Below are positions 10,159 through 19,390 of a DNA stretch of 64,000 bases, piece after piece. A model generated the notes under the pieces. That model ran no database searches. It was not told where the DNA came from and was given only the letters and a program-made list of their open reading frames with translations. Origin of the DNA: a bacterium (GTDB taxonomy: Bacteria > Bacillota > Clostridia > Oscillospirales > Oscillospiraceae). The translations under genes were made by a program, and so were the position numbers. Where the stretch lies: positions 13,272-77,271 of the forward strand of contig SFQY01000007.1 of the NCBI GenBank assembly GCA_004562395.1. The letters are read 5' to 3'. How positions within the stretch are numbered: position 1 is the stretch's first letter; every line of letters begins with the position of its first letter.

Positions 10159-11307
10159 ATGTCCAACAACAGCATTACGCCGTCCAGCTTTTTTAACCCT
10201 GAGACCCAGGTCGCGGATCTGGGGCTCATTGCCTGCCCCGGCGCCGAGGAATTTACGAACCTGATCGACCGCCATCTGGTTTCCTGGGCAGAGGAAGCCG
10301 GCTTCAAGCGGGATACCTTTATCATCCCCTGCGATTGCCCCCGTTTCCAGAGCGGCGACGCCAAGGGCCTGGTGAAGGAATCCGCCCGGGGCGACGATAT
10401 TTTCTTCGTGGTGGATCCCGGCAACTACAGCCTCACCTACAATCTGTTCGGCCATGAGAATCATATGTCCCCCGATGACCACTTCGCCAACCTGAAGCGT
10501 TTGATTCAGGCCGTGGCGGGACGTGCCCACCGGATGAGCGTCATTATGCCCAGCCTCTACGGCGGCCGCCAGCATCGCCGGATCGCCCGGGAGAGTCTGG
10601 ACTGCGCGGTGGCGCTTCAGGAACTGCAGAATATGGGCATCAAGAACATCATCACCTTTGATGCCCACGATCCCAGACTGATGAACGCGGTCCCTCTGAT
10701 GAGCTTTGACAACGTGATGCCCACCTATCAGGTGCTGAAGACCCTGCTGCGCCATATGCCGGAGCTGAACTTCGACAAGGAGCATTTCATTGTCATCAGC
10801 CCCGACGAGGGCGCCATGAGCCGGAACATGTATTTCTCCAGCGTGCTGGGCTGCAACCTGGGCATGTTCTACAAGCGCCGGGACTACAGCCGGGTGGTGG
10901 ATGGCCGCAACCCCATTGTGGCCCATGAATATCTGGGCGAGAGCGTGGAAGGGAAGACCGTCTTCATCGCCGACGATATCATCGCCTCCGGGGAGAGTAT
11001 GCTGGAGGTGGCCCGGGAGCTTCGCAGCCGGGGAGCCAAGTATATCATCGCTGACGCCACCTTCCCCCTGTTTACCAGCGGCCTGGCCAAGTTTGACGCT
11101 GCCGTGAAGGAGGGGGTCCTCACCGCCGTGCTGGGTACCAACCTGACCTACCGCAAGCCGGAGCTGCTGGAGCGGGACTGGTATTTTGATGTGGACTGCT
11201 CCAAGTATACCGCTTATTTCGTCGCCGCCATCAACCACGATATGTCCGTGTCCGCCATCTGCGATCCTCTGAAGAAGATCGAGGCGCTGCTGGCCGGACG
11301 CAGGTAA
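10159..11307 (+). CDS. prs: Ribose-phosphate pyrophosphokinase (clostridial long form)
   Basis: RFQSGDAK, YGGRQHRR, ITFDAH, SPDEGA, DDIIASGES; start after GAAGGAG. Confidence 0.9.
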   Translation: MSNNSITPSSFFNPETQVADLGLIACPGAEEFTNLIDRHLVSWAEEAGFKRDTFIIPCDCPRFQSGDAKGLVKESARGDDIFFVVDPGNYSLTYNLFGHENHMSPDDHFANLKRLIQAVAGRAHRMSVIMPSLYGGRQHRRIARESLDCAVALQELQNMGIKNIITFDAHDPRLMNAVPLMSFDNVMPTYQVLKTLLRHMPELNFDKEHFIVISPDEGAMSRNMYFSSVLGCNLGMFYKRRDYSRVVDGRNPIVAHEYLGESVEGKTVFIADDIIASGESMLEVARELRSRGAKYIIADATFPLFTSGLAKFDAAVKEGVLTAVLGTNLTYRKPELLERDWYFDVDCSKYTAYFVAAINHDMSVSAICDPLKKIEALLAGRR

Positions 11308-11324
11308 GTCTTTTCAAAACAAAT

Positions 11325-11365
11325 CAGGCCGCCGGTTTCCTTTCGGAAAACCGGCGGCTGTTTTC
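11325..11365. terminator. Bidirectional terminator between convergent genes
   Basis: GCCGCCGGTTT...AAACCGGCGGC flanked by A and T tracts. Confidence 0.65.
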
Positions 11366-11381
11366 ATGTTGGGAAGGTGGA

Positions 11382-11912
11382 TCAGCGGACGCTGGCTTTC
11401 GCTTCCAGCTCCGCGCCGTAGCGGAAAATCAGGGAAGCCAGAATCAGTGCGATGCCCAGAATCAGACTGGGGAAATTGTCCCCGCTTCCTGCCGGGGACA
11501 GGTCGAAGCAGCCGTAGATCACGGCGCTGAGAATGGTGGCCACCAGCGGCATGAGGATGGTGTTGATGCCAAGCCTTTTGAGCTGCTCCGCGCCGCTGTC
11601 GGTGAAGGGAGTGCCCTGGGTCTGCTCGGCACGGAAATACCGCCAGGCCATCAGGAACAGAATCCCATCGGTCAGTGCGATTACCAGATCGGACAGCAGG
11701 GCCCCCAGCATCTGTCCCAGACCGGAGGTGGAGGTCAGCGCCTGCACAAGCTCCTGGCTGGCTCCCAGCACGGTTCCGCCGGTGTACCAGACCACTGCGC
11801 ACAGGACCCCCGCCAGGCAGAGCCCTGCCCAGACGAAGGACAGGATCATGGCCGCCCGGGACAGGATCTCAAAAATATGAAAGGTTTTCTGAATGGTTTG
11901 AAGATGTTTCAT
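11382..11912 (-). CDS. Membrane protein (DUF2975-like)
   Basis: Four TM segments, GTPFT motif, C-terminal IFRYGAELE. Confidence 0.65.
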   Translation of the reverse strand: MKHLQTIQKTFHIFEILSRAAMILSFVWAGLCLAGVLCAVVWYTGGTVLGASQELVQALTSTSGLGQMLGALLSDLVIALTDGILFLMAWRYFRAEQTQGTPFTDSGAEQLKRLGINTILMPLVATILSAVIYGCFDLSPAGSGDNFPSLILGIALILASLIFRYGAELEAKASVR

Positions 11913-11970
11913 GGTTTCCTCCTGTAAAGATGATTTGTACCTTCGGGGGGCATTGCTCCGCTCAGCCGTT

Positions 11971-12162
11971 TCATGCTTCCGGCCCGCGGGGGATGATCAG
12001 CGCCGCGATGATGTAGGCCAGAAAGCCGCTGCCGCCCAGGGCACAGAACAGGATCCAGCCCAGCCGGACCAGGGTGGGATCGATGGAAAAGTATTCGGCG
12101 ATGCCGCCGCAGACGCCGTCCAGCATCACATCATTTCTGGACTTGTAAAGCCGTTTAGTCAT
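11971..12162 (-). CDS. pspC: PspC domain protein
   Basis: KRLYKSRNDVMLDGVCGGIAEYFSIDPTLVRL...AYIIAALIIP; GGAGG RBS. Confidence 0.9.
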   Translation of the reverse strand: MTKRLYKSRNDVMLDGVCGGIAEYFSIDPTLVRLGWILFCALGGSGFLAYIIAALIIPRGPEA

Positions 12163-12417
12163 GAGCGTGTTCCTCCGTTTCTTCGTTGTGGATTTCCTTG
12201 ATGTCCATATTCTACCAAAACATCCGGTTTCCGGATAGGCGGATTTTTCAGGGGAATGTGTCCAATTTATAGATAGAGGGGAGGAAAATCCCAAGGGCCG
12301 GTCTTCCGTGGAAATTCCCCGGATTTTCCCGGCAAAACCCTGATGCTGTCATTGACTTTTCTGCCTGTTTGTGAAATAATAGGTAAGCTAATTTACAGAT
12401 AAGAGAGGATTTTATCC

Positions 12418-14187
12418 ATGATGCAATCCAGAACACATAACTGCGGAGAACTGCGCCTTTCCGACGCGGGGAAAACCGTAACCATTGTTGGCTGGCTGGA
12501 GAATGTCCGGGAAGTGGGCGCGAATTTCGCTTTCTGCGTTCTGCGGGATTACTACGGCACCACCCAGGTGGTCATTGAGAACGAGGAAATGATGCGCGCT
12601 GTCAAGCCCATCAACAAGGAGTCCACCATTTCCGTCACCGGTGTTGTCCGGGAGCGGGAGAGCAAGAATCCCAAGCTGCCCACCGGCGAGATCGAAGTGG
12701 TCCCTGAGAAAATTGAGGTGCTGGGCAAGTGCGTTCACAACCAGCTGCCCTTTGAGATCAACAAGAGTAAGGATGCCGACGAGAACACCCGGCTGAAGTA
12801 CCGCTTCCTGGACCTGCGCAACCCTGCCGTCAAGCGCAATATCGTGCTGCGCTGCCAGGTGGTGGCGGAGCTGCGGCGGCTGATGACCGAGAAGGGCTTC
12901 CTGGAGATCACCACCCCCATCCTCACCGCCTCCTCCCCCGAGGGCGCCCGGGACTACCTGGTTCCTGCCCGGAACCACCCCGGCAAATTCTATGCCCTGC
13001 CCCAGGCTCCCCAGCAGTTCAAGCAGCTGCTGATGACCTCCGGCTTTGACCGGTATTTCCAGATCGCCCCCTGCTTCCGGGATGAGGATGCCCGGGCGGA
13101 CCGGACTCCCGGCGAGTTCTACCAGCTGGATATGGAGATGGCCTTCGCCACCCAGGAGGACGTGCTGTCCACCCTGGAGGATGTGCTGGTGCCGGTGTTT
13201 GAAAAGTTCGGCAAGTACAAGCGGGTCTCCCAGGCACCCTTCCGCCATATTCCCTTCAACGAGGCCATGGAGCGCTACGGCTCCGACAAGCCGGATCTGC
13301 GCATTGACCTGGAGATCCGGGACATTTCCGCGGAGGTCCAGGGCTGCGGCTTTGGCCCCTTCGAGGGCGCTACCGTCAAGGCCGTGGCGGTGGACAACTT
13401 TACCCAGGCGAGAAAGTGGATCGATAAGCTGCTGGCGGACGTGGAGGTCCAGACCGGAAACAAGGCCTGCTGGGTCAAGGTGGACGAGAACGGCAATCTC
13501 ACCGGCGGCGTTTCCAAGTTCCTGGCCGACTGCAAGGACGCCCTGACCGAAAAGCTGGATCTGAAGCCCGGCAGCTTCGTCTGCATGGCCGCGGGCAAGA
13601 AGGCCGCTGCCCAGAAAACCGCCGGCGTTATCCGCACCCTGCTGGGCCGCCGGGTTCCCGGCCACTTCGACGAGGAGCAGTACGCCCTGTGCTGGATCGT
13701 GGACTTCCCCATGTACGAGATCGGCGAGGAGTCCGGCCAGCTGGAGTTCTGCCACAACCCCTTCTCCATGCCCCAGGGCGGCCTGAAGGCTCTGGAGGAG
13801 GCCGAGGGGGACACCGAGAAGCTGCTGGCCATCAACGCCGACCAGTACGACCTGGTGTGCAACGGCTATGAGTCCGCCTCCGGCGCCGTCCGGAACCACG
13901 ATCCTGAGATCATGGTCAAGGCCTTCCAGATGGTTGGCCTGGGCGAGGACGACGTCAAGGCCAAGTTCCCCGCCATGTACAATGCCTTCACCTACGGCGC
14001 GCCCCCTCATGCCGGCGCAGCCCCCGGTGTGGACCGGCTGATCATGCTGCTGACCGGTGAGGAGAGCATCCGGGAGGTCATCACCTTCCCCATGAACAAG
14101 AACGCCCAGGACCTGATGATGGGCGCCCCCACCGCCGTGGACAAGAGCCAGCTGGATACCGTCCACATTGCCCTGATCGAAGAATAA
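12418..14187 (+). CDS. aspS: Aspartate--tRNA ligase
   Basis: RTHNCGEL, PEGARDYLVP, YALPQAPQQFKQLLM, FRDED, PPHAG. Confidence 0.97.
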   Translation: MMQSRTHNCGELRLSDAGKTVTIVGWLENVREVGANFAFCVLRDYYGTTQVVIENEEMMRAVKPINKESTISVTGVVRERESKNPKLPTGEIEVVPEKIEVLGKCVHNQLPFEINKSKDADENTRLKYRFLDLRNPAVKRNIVLRCQVVAELRRLMTEKGFLEITTPILTASSPEGARDYLVPARNHPGKFYALPQAPQQFKQLLMTSGFDRYFQIAPCFRDEDARADRTPGEFYQLDMEMAFATQEDVLSTLEDVLVPVFEKFGKYKRVSQAPFRHIPFNEAMERYGSDKPDLRIDLEIRDISAEVQGCGFGPFEGATVKAVAVDNFTQARKWIDKLLADVEVQTGNKACWVKVDENGNLTGGVSKFLADCKDALTEKLDLKPGSFVCMAAGKKAAAQKTAGVIRTLLGRRVPGHFDEEQYALCWIVDFPMYEIGEESGQLEFCHNPFSMPQGGLKALEEAEGDTEKLLAINADQYDLVCNGYESASGAVRNHDPEIMVKAFQMVGLGEDDVKAKFPAMYNAFTYGAPPHAGAAPGVDRLIMLLTGEESIREVITFPMNKNAQDLMMGAPTAVDKSQLDTVHIALIEE

Positions 14188-14249
14188 TTTCCAACACCCC
14201 GCCGCGGAAACCGGCGGGGTGCTGCAGTTCCTGGGGGCATATGGCCGGT

Positions 14250-14420
14250 AAATGATCGTTTTGCGGCCTAACGGCCCCCTCTGACGAGGGGGCTGTCAGC
14301 GAAGCTGACTGGGGGAGAGAAAACCTGAAAGCTTTCGCATTCCTGGTAAATACGGGAAAAGACGGAACATTTTCTCTCCCTCAGTCGCTTCGCGACAGCT
14401 CCCTCATCAGAGGGAGCCTT
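14250..14420. repeat. REP-like palindromic element, family A (GGCCCCCTCTGACGAGGGGGCTGTC...), left end AAATGATCGTTT
   Basis: Two inverted palindromic units; 14250-14369 matches 50316-50435 with 3 mismatches by eye. Confidence 0.85.
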
Positions 14421-14541
14421 GTTTTTTCGGGGATGCCAGGGCTTCTATTTGTATGAATTTACAATTTTTAAAAATCTTTTCCAAAAAGCGCAACCAAATT
14501 CAGATTTTGTCGAGATAGATAAGTAGAGAGGAGGCTTTCCG

Positions 14542-15099
14542 ATGGAGGATGCTCAGATCGTCTCTTTGTACTGGGACCGCGACGAGTCCGCGATCCGGGA
14601 GACGGAAACCAAATACGGCCGATATCTGACCAAAATCGCCTGCAACATCTTAAACGATGTGGAGGACAGCCGGGAAAGCGTAAACGATACATATCTTGCC
14701 GCCTGGGACTCCATTCCGCCCCACCGGCCGGGAATCCTTTCCGCCTATCTTGCCAAGCTCACCCGCCGGATCTCCATTGACCGTTTCCGCTACCGCACCC
14801 GGGACAAACGGATGGGGTCGGAGTACGCGCTGTCTCTGGAGGAGCTGGGGGACTGCGTCTGCGGAGGGGACGCCACCCAGGAGGCTGTGAATGAAAAGCT
14901 GCTGGCGGACGCCATCGGGATCTATCTGCGGCTGCTGCCGGAGGATGCCCGGACCGCGTTTGTGGGGCGCTATTATTTCCTGGACCCCCTGAAAGAGGTG
15001 GCCGCCTACTGCGGAATGAGCGAAAGCAAAGCGAAATCCCTCCTTTACCGCACCCGGGTGGGATTGAAGGAATATCTGCAAAAGGAGGGGTACCTGTGA
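14542..15099 (+). CDS. ECF-type sigma-70 factor (paralogue of 2107-2661)
   Basis: DSRESVNDTYLAAWDSIPP; HTH KEVAAYCGMSESKAKSLLYR; GGAGG RBS. Confidence 0.92.
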   Translation: MEDAQIVSLYWDRDESAIRETETKYGRYLTKIACNILNDVEDSRESVNDTYLAAWDSIPPHRPGILSAYLAKLTRRISIDRFRYRTRDKRMGSEYALSLEELGDCVCGGDATQEAVNEKLLADAIGIYLRLLPEDARTAFVGRYYFLDPLKEVAAYCGMSESKAKSLLYRTRVGLKEYLQKEGYL

Positions 15100-15761
15100 C
15101 TGTTGACACCCTGCACGATGCTCTGACCCTGCTGCCTGCCGATCTGGTGGCTCAGACCGATGAAAGGCGCTGCCGCAAGAGCAGGCGCGTTCACTGGCAG
15201 CGCTGGGCTGCCATGGCCGCATGCCTGGTTCTGATCCTGGGGGGCACTCTGCTGTTCCGGAGCCGGTTGTTCCGGATGGGAAAAACATCCGCCAATGCGT
15301 TCAGAACGGAAAGCGCTATGGCGGACGCGGCGGAGGCGTCTCCCAGGGAGGAGCAGGCGGTTATGAGCGCCGCCGGTACCCTTTCCGGACCTCCCTGCCT
15401 GACGGTCCGCTCCGGTGACGCTTCCATGGTGGTGGGTTCTCTGGACTTTTCCTGGACGGTGGAGGCAGAGGACAGCGGCTCCGCCAGTGTCACCTGCGAC
15501 GGTAAGCCCTGGGAAGATCCGGAAAATACCCCCCTTCTGGAGGCGGAGGAAATGACCCTCTTCCTTTCCTGGGAGGTTTCCCCCGGAAGGGTGACGGTCC
15601 GCTGCCGGAGGGAAGATGGGACTCTGGTGGAGGAAATGGAAACCGAAGGATCCGCCCTGACCCTGAAGCCCGGCACATACCTGTATGAGATCAGCGCCGA
15701 ATGGGAGCAGGGCAGCGCCGGCTACCTGTTCCGGGTGACGGCGCCGGAGAAAGGGGATTGA
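15096..15761 (+). CDS. Putative anti-sigma factor (single TM)
   Basis: Overlaps the ECF stop; LHDALTLLPADLV, RWAAMAACLVLIL TM segment. Confidence 0.7.
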   Translation: MTVDTLHDALTLLPADLVAQTDERRCRKSRRVHWQRWAAMAACLVLILGGTLLFRSRLFRMGKTSANAFRTESAMADAAEASPREEQAVMSAAGTLSGPPCLTVRSGDASMVVGSLDFSWTVEAEDSGSASVTCDGKPWEDPENTPLLEAEEMTLFLSWEVSPGRVTVRCRREDGTLVEEMETEGSALTLKPGTYLYEISAEWEQGSAGYLFRVTAPEKGD

Positions 15762-15763
15762 CC

Positions 15764-15853
15764 ATGAAGATGATCCAGGTGTATACCGCGGTACTGATTA
15801 CGATCCTGCTGCTGGCCCTGACCGGCGGGCTGTTTCCGGCTGTTTTGGGATAA
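15764..15853 (+). CDS. 29-aa hydrophobic single-TM peptide (not in ORF track)
   Basis: MKMIQVYTAVLITILLLALTGGLFPAVLG, AAGGGG RBS, starts 2 nt after the anti-sigma stop. Confidence 0.45.
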   Translation: MKMIQVYTAVLITILLLALTGGLFPAVLG

Positions 15854-15877
15854 AGGGAAATTAATTTGCGGATCCCT

Positions 15878-15907
15878 GTTTAACCTCCGGCTTTTTGGTC
15901 TATACTC
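15878..15907 (+). promoter_or_regulatory. Possible sigma-F-type forespore promoter
   Basis: GTTTA-15 bp-GTCTATACTC upstream of the SpoIIQ-like gene. Confidence 0.4.
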
Positions 15908-15927
15908 AGCCTCGGAGGTGCTTGAAT

Positions 15928-16617
15928 ATGAGCGACAACAAACGCGGCCGCGGCTTCGCGGGAAAGGGCTACTACATAGCCCTGATCCTGTGCGCCGCAG
16001 CCATCGGGATCACAAGCTATGTATACTACCGCAACGCGGAGAAGACCAGGGAGGTTTCTCTCCAGGAGACACAGGAGGAGATCCTGGTCGGAACCATGGG
16101 CACCGAGGATGTGCCGGTGCTGGCCACCGAGACCCAGCCCCAGACCCAGGCCACCGTCCCCGCGCCTCAGCAGACCACTCCCGCACCCACCGGAAAAAAG
16201 ACGCTGAAGACTACGTCCCCTGTGGCCGGTGAGACCATCTCCGGCTACTCCATGGAAGCTCTGAGCTACAACCAGACCACCCGGGACTGGCGGGTCCACA
16301 ACGGTGTGGACATTGCCGCCGAGGCGGGGACCGAGGTCTGCGCCGCCGCGGAGGGCAAGGTGTATACCGTTTATGAGGACGACGCCATGGGCTGTACCGT
16401 GGTGATCCGCCATGATGACGGGTATACCACCAAGTATTCCAGCCTGGCGGATAATCTGGCGGTAAAGGCCGGGGATACCGTAACCATGGGACAGGTTATC
16501 GGCTATGCCGGGGATACTGCCATCGTGGAAACCACCCTGGGCAGCCATGTTCACTTCAGTGTTACCCACAACGACGAACCTATGGATCCTGCCGAATTCC
16601 TGGCTCTGGGCCAATAA
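15928..16617 (+). CDS. M23 family peptidase, SpoIIQ-like
   Basis: N-terminal TM KGYYIALILC, HNGVDI (HxxxD), HVH motif; GGAGGTG RBS. Confidence 0.8.
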   Translation: MSDNKRGRGFAGKGYYIALILCAAAIGITSYVYYRNAEKTREVSLQETQEEILVGTMGTEDVPVLATETQPQTQATVPAPQQTTPAPTGKKTLKTTSPVAGETISGYSMEALSYNQTTRDWRVHNGVDIAAEAGTEVCAAAEGKVYTVYEDDAMGCTVVIRHDDGYTTKYSSLADNLAVKAGDTVTMGQVIGYAGDTAIVETTLGSHVHFSVTHNDEPMDPAEFLALGQ

Positions 16618-16649
16618 CAGGCAATTGTTTTTCTTTCCTCTTTGATACG

Positions 16650-16680
16650 CCTCCGGGAGATATCCCGGAGGTTTTCCTTT
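16650..16680 (+). terminator. Rho-independent terminator
   Basis: CCTCCGGGA-GATA-TCCCGGAGG then a T-rich tract. Confidence 0.7.
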
Positions 16681-16929
16681 TTCCGACCGGCAGGGGAGGA
16701 CCGCTGCGCTTCCGCTTGGAACTTGTTTCTTGTTCATCCTGCCGGAAACTGACGCGAAATTTTGTGTGTTTTGCACAGGAAAACAGATGTCCGTCAGCAA
16801 TTTTACACAATTTTGCATTCTGACGAAAATAAGCATTGCATTCGGGGCGGCATTCGTGTATAATGTCACTATTCGGGTGTCCGCGCCCACTTGGAAGGAT
16901 TCCCCTTCCCGAAAGGAGTAAGAACAACA

Positions 16930-18993
16930 ATGTACACCGTAAATTCCATCCGTAACATCTGTCTGCTCGGACACAGCGGCAGCGGCAAAACCGCTCTGGC
17001 TGAGAGCTTGCTTTACATGACCGGGGCCATTGACCGTATGGGCAAGAATGCCGACGGCAATACCGTTTGCGATTATGATCCCGAGGAGATCCGCCGCCAC
17101 ATCTCCATCTCCACCTCCGTGGTTCCGCTGGAGTACCACAATGTGAAGATCAATGTGCTGGATACCCCGGGCGCCTTTGACTTCTCCGGTGCCGTTATGG
17201 AAGCCCTCCGGGCTGCCGACGCTGCCATCCTGGTCTGCTCCGCGAAGGACGGCATCACCGTGGGCTTTGAGAAGGCCTGGAAGTACTGCGAAGAGCGCAA
17301 TATGCCCCGCTTTGTTTACATTTCCAAGGTGGATGAGGATCACTCCGACTACAACGCCACCTTCGAAGCCCTCCGGGCCAAGTACGGCAATAAGATCGCT
17401 CCTGTGGTGGTGCCCATCTGGGACGCCAGCCACAAGGTCACCGGCATCATCGACGTGCTGAACAAGCGCGCCTATGAGATGAAGAACCTGAAGCGTGTGG
17501 AGATCGCCGTGCCCGATGACAAGCTTCCCGTTATCGAGGAGTTCAACGACGCCCTGAAGGAGGCCGTTGCCGAGACTGACGAGGCCCTGATGGACCGCTT
17601 CTTCGAGGGAGACGACTTTACTTACCGGGAAATGATCACCGGTCTGCACCAGGGCGTGGCAGAGTTGAGCCTGTTCCCCGTGCTGTGCGGCTCCGGCGTG
17701 ACCTGCCTGGGCAGTCTGATGCTGATGGATCACATCATCGACCTGCTGCCCAACCCCGTCCAGGGCAACTACCATAAGGCGACCACCGCCGACGGCAAGG
17801 TGGAAGAGTTCGTGGTTTCCCCCGGCGGCGTCCCCTGCGCCTTCGTCTGGAAGACCGTTTCCGACCAGTACGGCAAGTATTCCTACGTGAAGGTCCTCTC
17901 CGGCGAGATCACCTCCGACACCACTCTGGTCAACGCCCGCACCGGCGAGACCGAGAAGCTGGGCCGTCTGTATACCCTGTGCGGCAAGAAGGCCAACGAG
18001 GTCAAGGCCCTGAGCTGCGGCGATATCGGTGCCTTCGGCAAGCTGGACCGGGTCAAGACCGGCGATACCCTGTGCGATCCCAGAAAGGTCGTGTCTCTGA
18101 AGCAGATTCCCTACGCACCTCCCTGCTACTCCATGGCCATTACCCCCAAGGTCAAGGGCCAGGAAGACAAGGTCGGCACCGGCCTGAACCGGCTGAACGA
18201 GGAAGATCCCTCCTTCACCCTGGTCAACAATGCCGAGACCAAGCAGCTGGTGCTGTCCGGCGCCGGCGACCAGCAGCTGGATGTGCTGGTGTCCAAGCTG
18301 AAGGGCCGCTTCGGTGTGGAAGCTGTCCTGTCTCCGGCAAAGGTTGCCTACCGGGAGAAGATCAAGAAAAAGGTGGAGGCCCACGGCCGTCACAAGAAGC
18401 AGACCGGCGGCAGCGGCCAGTTCGGTGATGTCTGGGTCCGGTTCGAGCCCCAGGACGAGCAGGACGATCTGATCTTCGCCGAGGAAGTCTTCGGCGGCTC
18501 CGTGCCCAGAAACTTCTATCCCGCCGTGGAAAAGGGCCTGCAGGAAGCCGTTCAGAAGGGCCCCCTGGCCGGATATCCTCTGGTTGGCCTGAAGGCCGTG
18601 CTGTATGACGGATCCTACCATCCCGTTGACTCCAACGAAATGGCCTTTAAGCTGGCGGCGATCCTGGCCTATAAGGAAGCCATGCCCAACGCCAATCCCA
18701 CTCTGCTGGAGCCCATCGGCGCTTTGGCGGTTTCCGTTCCCGAGGCCTACGTGGGCGATGTCATGGGCGATCTGAGCAAGCGCCGGGGCCGTCCCATGGG
18801 CATGAACCCCGATCATGATGGCAACACCGTCATCGAGGCGGAGGTTCCCATGGCCGAGATGGGCAGCTATGCCATTGACCTGCGGGCCATGACCCAGGCC
18901 CGGGGCAGCTTCACCCTGGAGTTCGTCCGCTATGAGGAAGTTCCCAAGGCCAACCAGGCAAAGATCATTGCCGACGCCAAGAACGACGATTAA
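16930..18993 (+). CDS. Elongation factor G paralogue (EF-G2/FusA2-like), stand-alone
   Basis: GHSGSGKT, DTPG, SKVD, HKKQTGGSGQFG, DGSYHPVDS, LLEPI; not within a ribosomal protein operon. Confidence 0.9.
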   Translation: MYTVNSIRNICLLGHSGSGKTALAESLLYMTGAIDRMGKNADGNTVCDYDPEEIRRHISISTSVVPLEYHNVKINVLDTPGAFDFSGAVMEALRAADAAILVCSAKDGITVGFEKAWKYCEERNMPRFVYISKVDEDHSDYNATFEALRAKYGNKIAPVVVPIWDASHKVTGIIDVLNKRAYEMKNLKRVEIAVPDDKLPVIEEFNDALKEAVAETDEALMDRFFEGDDFTYREMITGLHQGVAELSLFPVLCGSGVTCLGSLMLMDHIIDLLPNPVQGNYHKATTADGKVEEFVVSPGGVPCAFVWKTVSDQYGKYSYVKVLSGEITSDTTLVNARTGETEKLGRLYTLCGKKANEVKALSCGDIGAFGKLDRVKTGDTLCDPRKVVSLKQIPYAPPCYSMAITPKVKGQEDKVGTGLNRLNEEDPSFTLVNNAETKQLVLSGAGDQQLDVLVSKLKGRFGVEAVLSPAKVAYREKIKKKVEAHGRHKKQTGGSGQFGDVWVRFEPQDEQDDLIFAEEVFGGSVPRNFYPAVEKGLQEAVQKGPLAGYPLVGLKAVLYDGSYHPVDSNEMAFKLAAILAYKEAMPNANPTLLEPIGALAVSVPEAYVGDVMGDLSKRRGRPMGMNPDHDGNTVIEAEVPMAEMGSYAIDLRAMTQARGSFTLEFVRYEEVPKANQAKIIADAKNDD

Positions 18994-19002
18994 TCAAAAA
19001 AC

Positions 19003-19032
19003 CGCGCGGAAGGGGAAACCCTTCCGCGCTTT
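19003..19032 (+). terminator. Rho-independent terminator
   Basis: GCGCGGAAGGG-GAAA-CCCTTCCGCGC-TTT. Confidence 0.75.
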
Positions 19033-19043
19033 ATGCTTATGAT

Positions 19044-19232
19044 GATTGATCGTTTGCGCTTGTACCATTCGTAGGGCGGGGTCATGACCCCGCCGACCAC
19101 TTTCGGAAACCGAGCGCTTAACTCAATGTGGAAACGAAATATTGCACAACCAACCTACCGTGCAGTCAACATTACCGATCGGCGGGGTCATGACCCCGCC
19201 CTACGAAAAGGTACGAAGATAAACGATCCTTT
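19044..19232. repeat. REPIN-like element, family C: inverted pair of GTAGGGCGGGGTCATGACCCCGCCG units inside GATTGATCGTTT/AAACGATCCTTT ends
   Basis: Units at 19071-19095 and 19180-19204; second copy at 43643-43840. Confidence 0.85.
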
Positions 19233-19390
19233 ACAGCTGCAACGAAACCGGGTGGGATCGGAAAGGAACCATGACGGATACACCGAACCCCCATTCGCGG
19301 CGGACCGTGCCTTTAAAACGATTCTTTCCGGCTTGTAAAAAAACAAAATCAGGGCAGCTCCGGAGGGCTGCCCTGATGTTTATGGAATCC

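Noticed and set aside
14250..14420. Riboswitch, T-box or tRNA
   Set aside because: Lies downstream of aspS, lacks T-box and tRNA motifs, and recurs at 50316 as a dispersed repeat.
15880..18816. 978-aa minus-strand ORF and similar long antisense ORFs (5318-6472, 12412-14166, 19271-20767, 44860-46242)
   Set aside because: Shadows of GC3-rich real genes on the opposite strand; no recognisable motifs.
16930..18993. Tetracycline ribosomal protection protein
   Set aside because: EF-G domain IV/V motifs (HKKQTGG.GQFG, DGSYHPVDS) and host-like codons indicate an EF-G paralogue.
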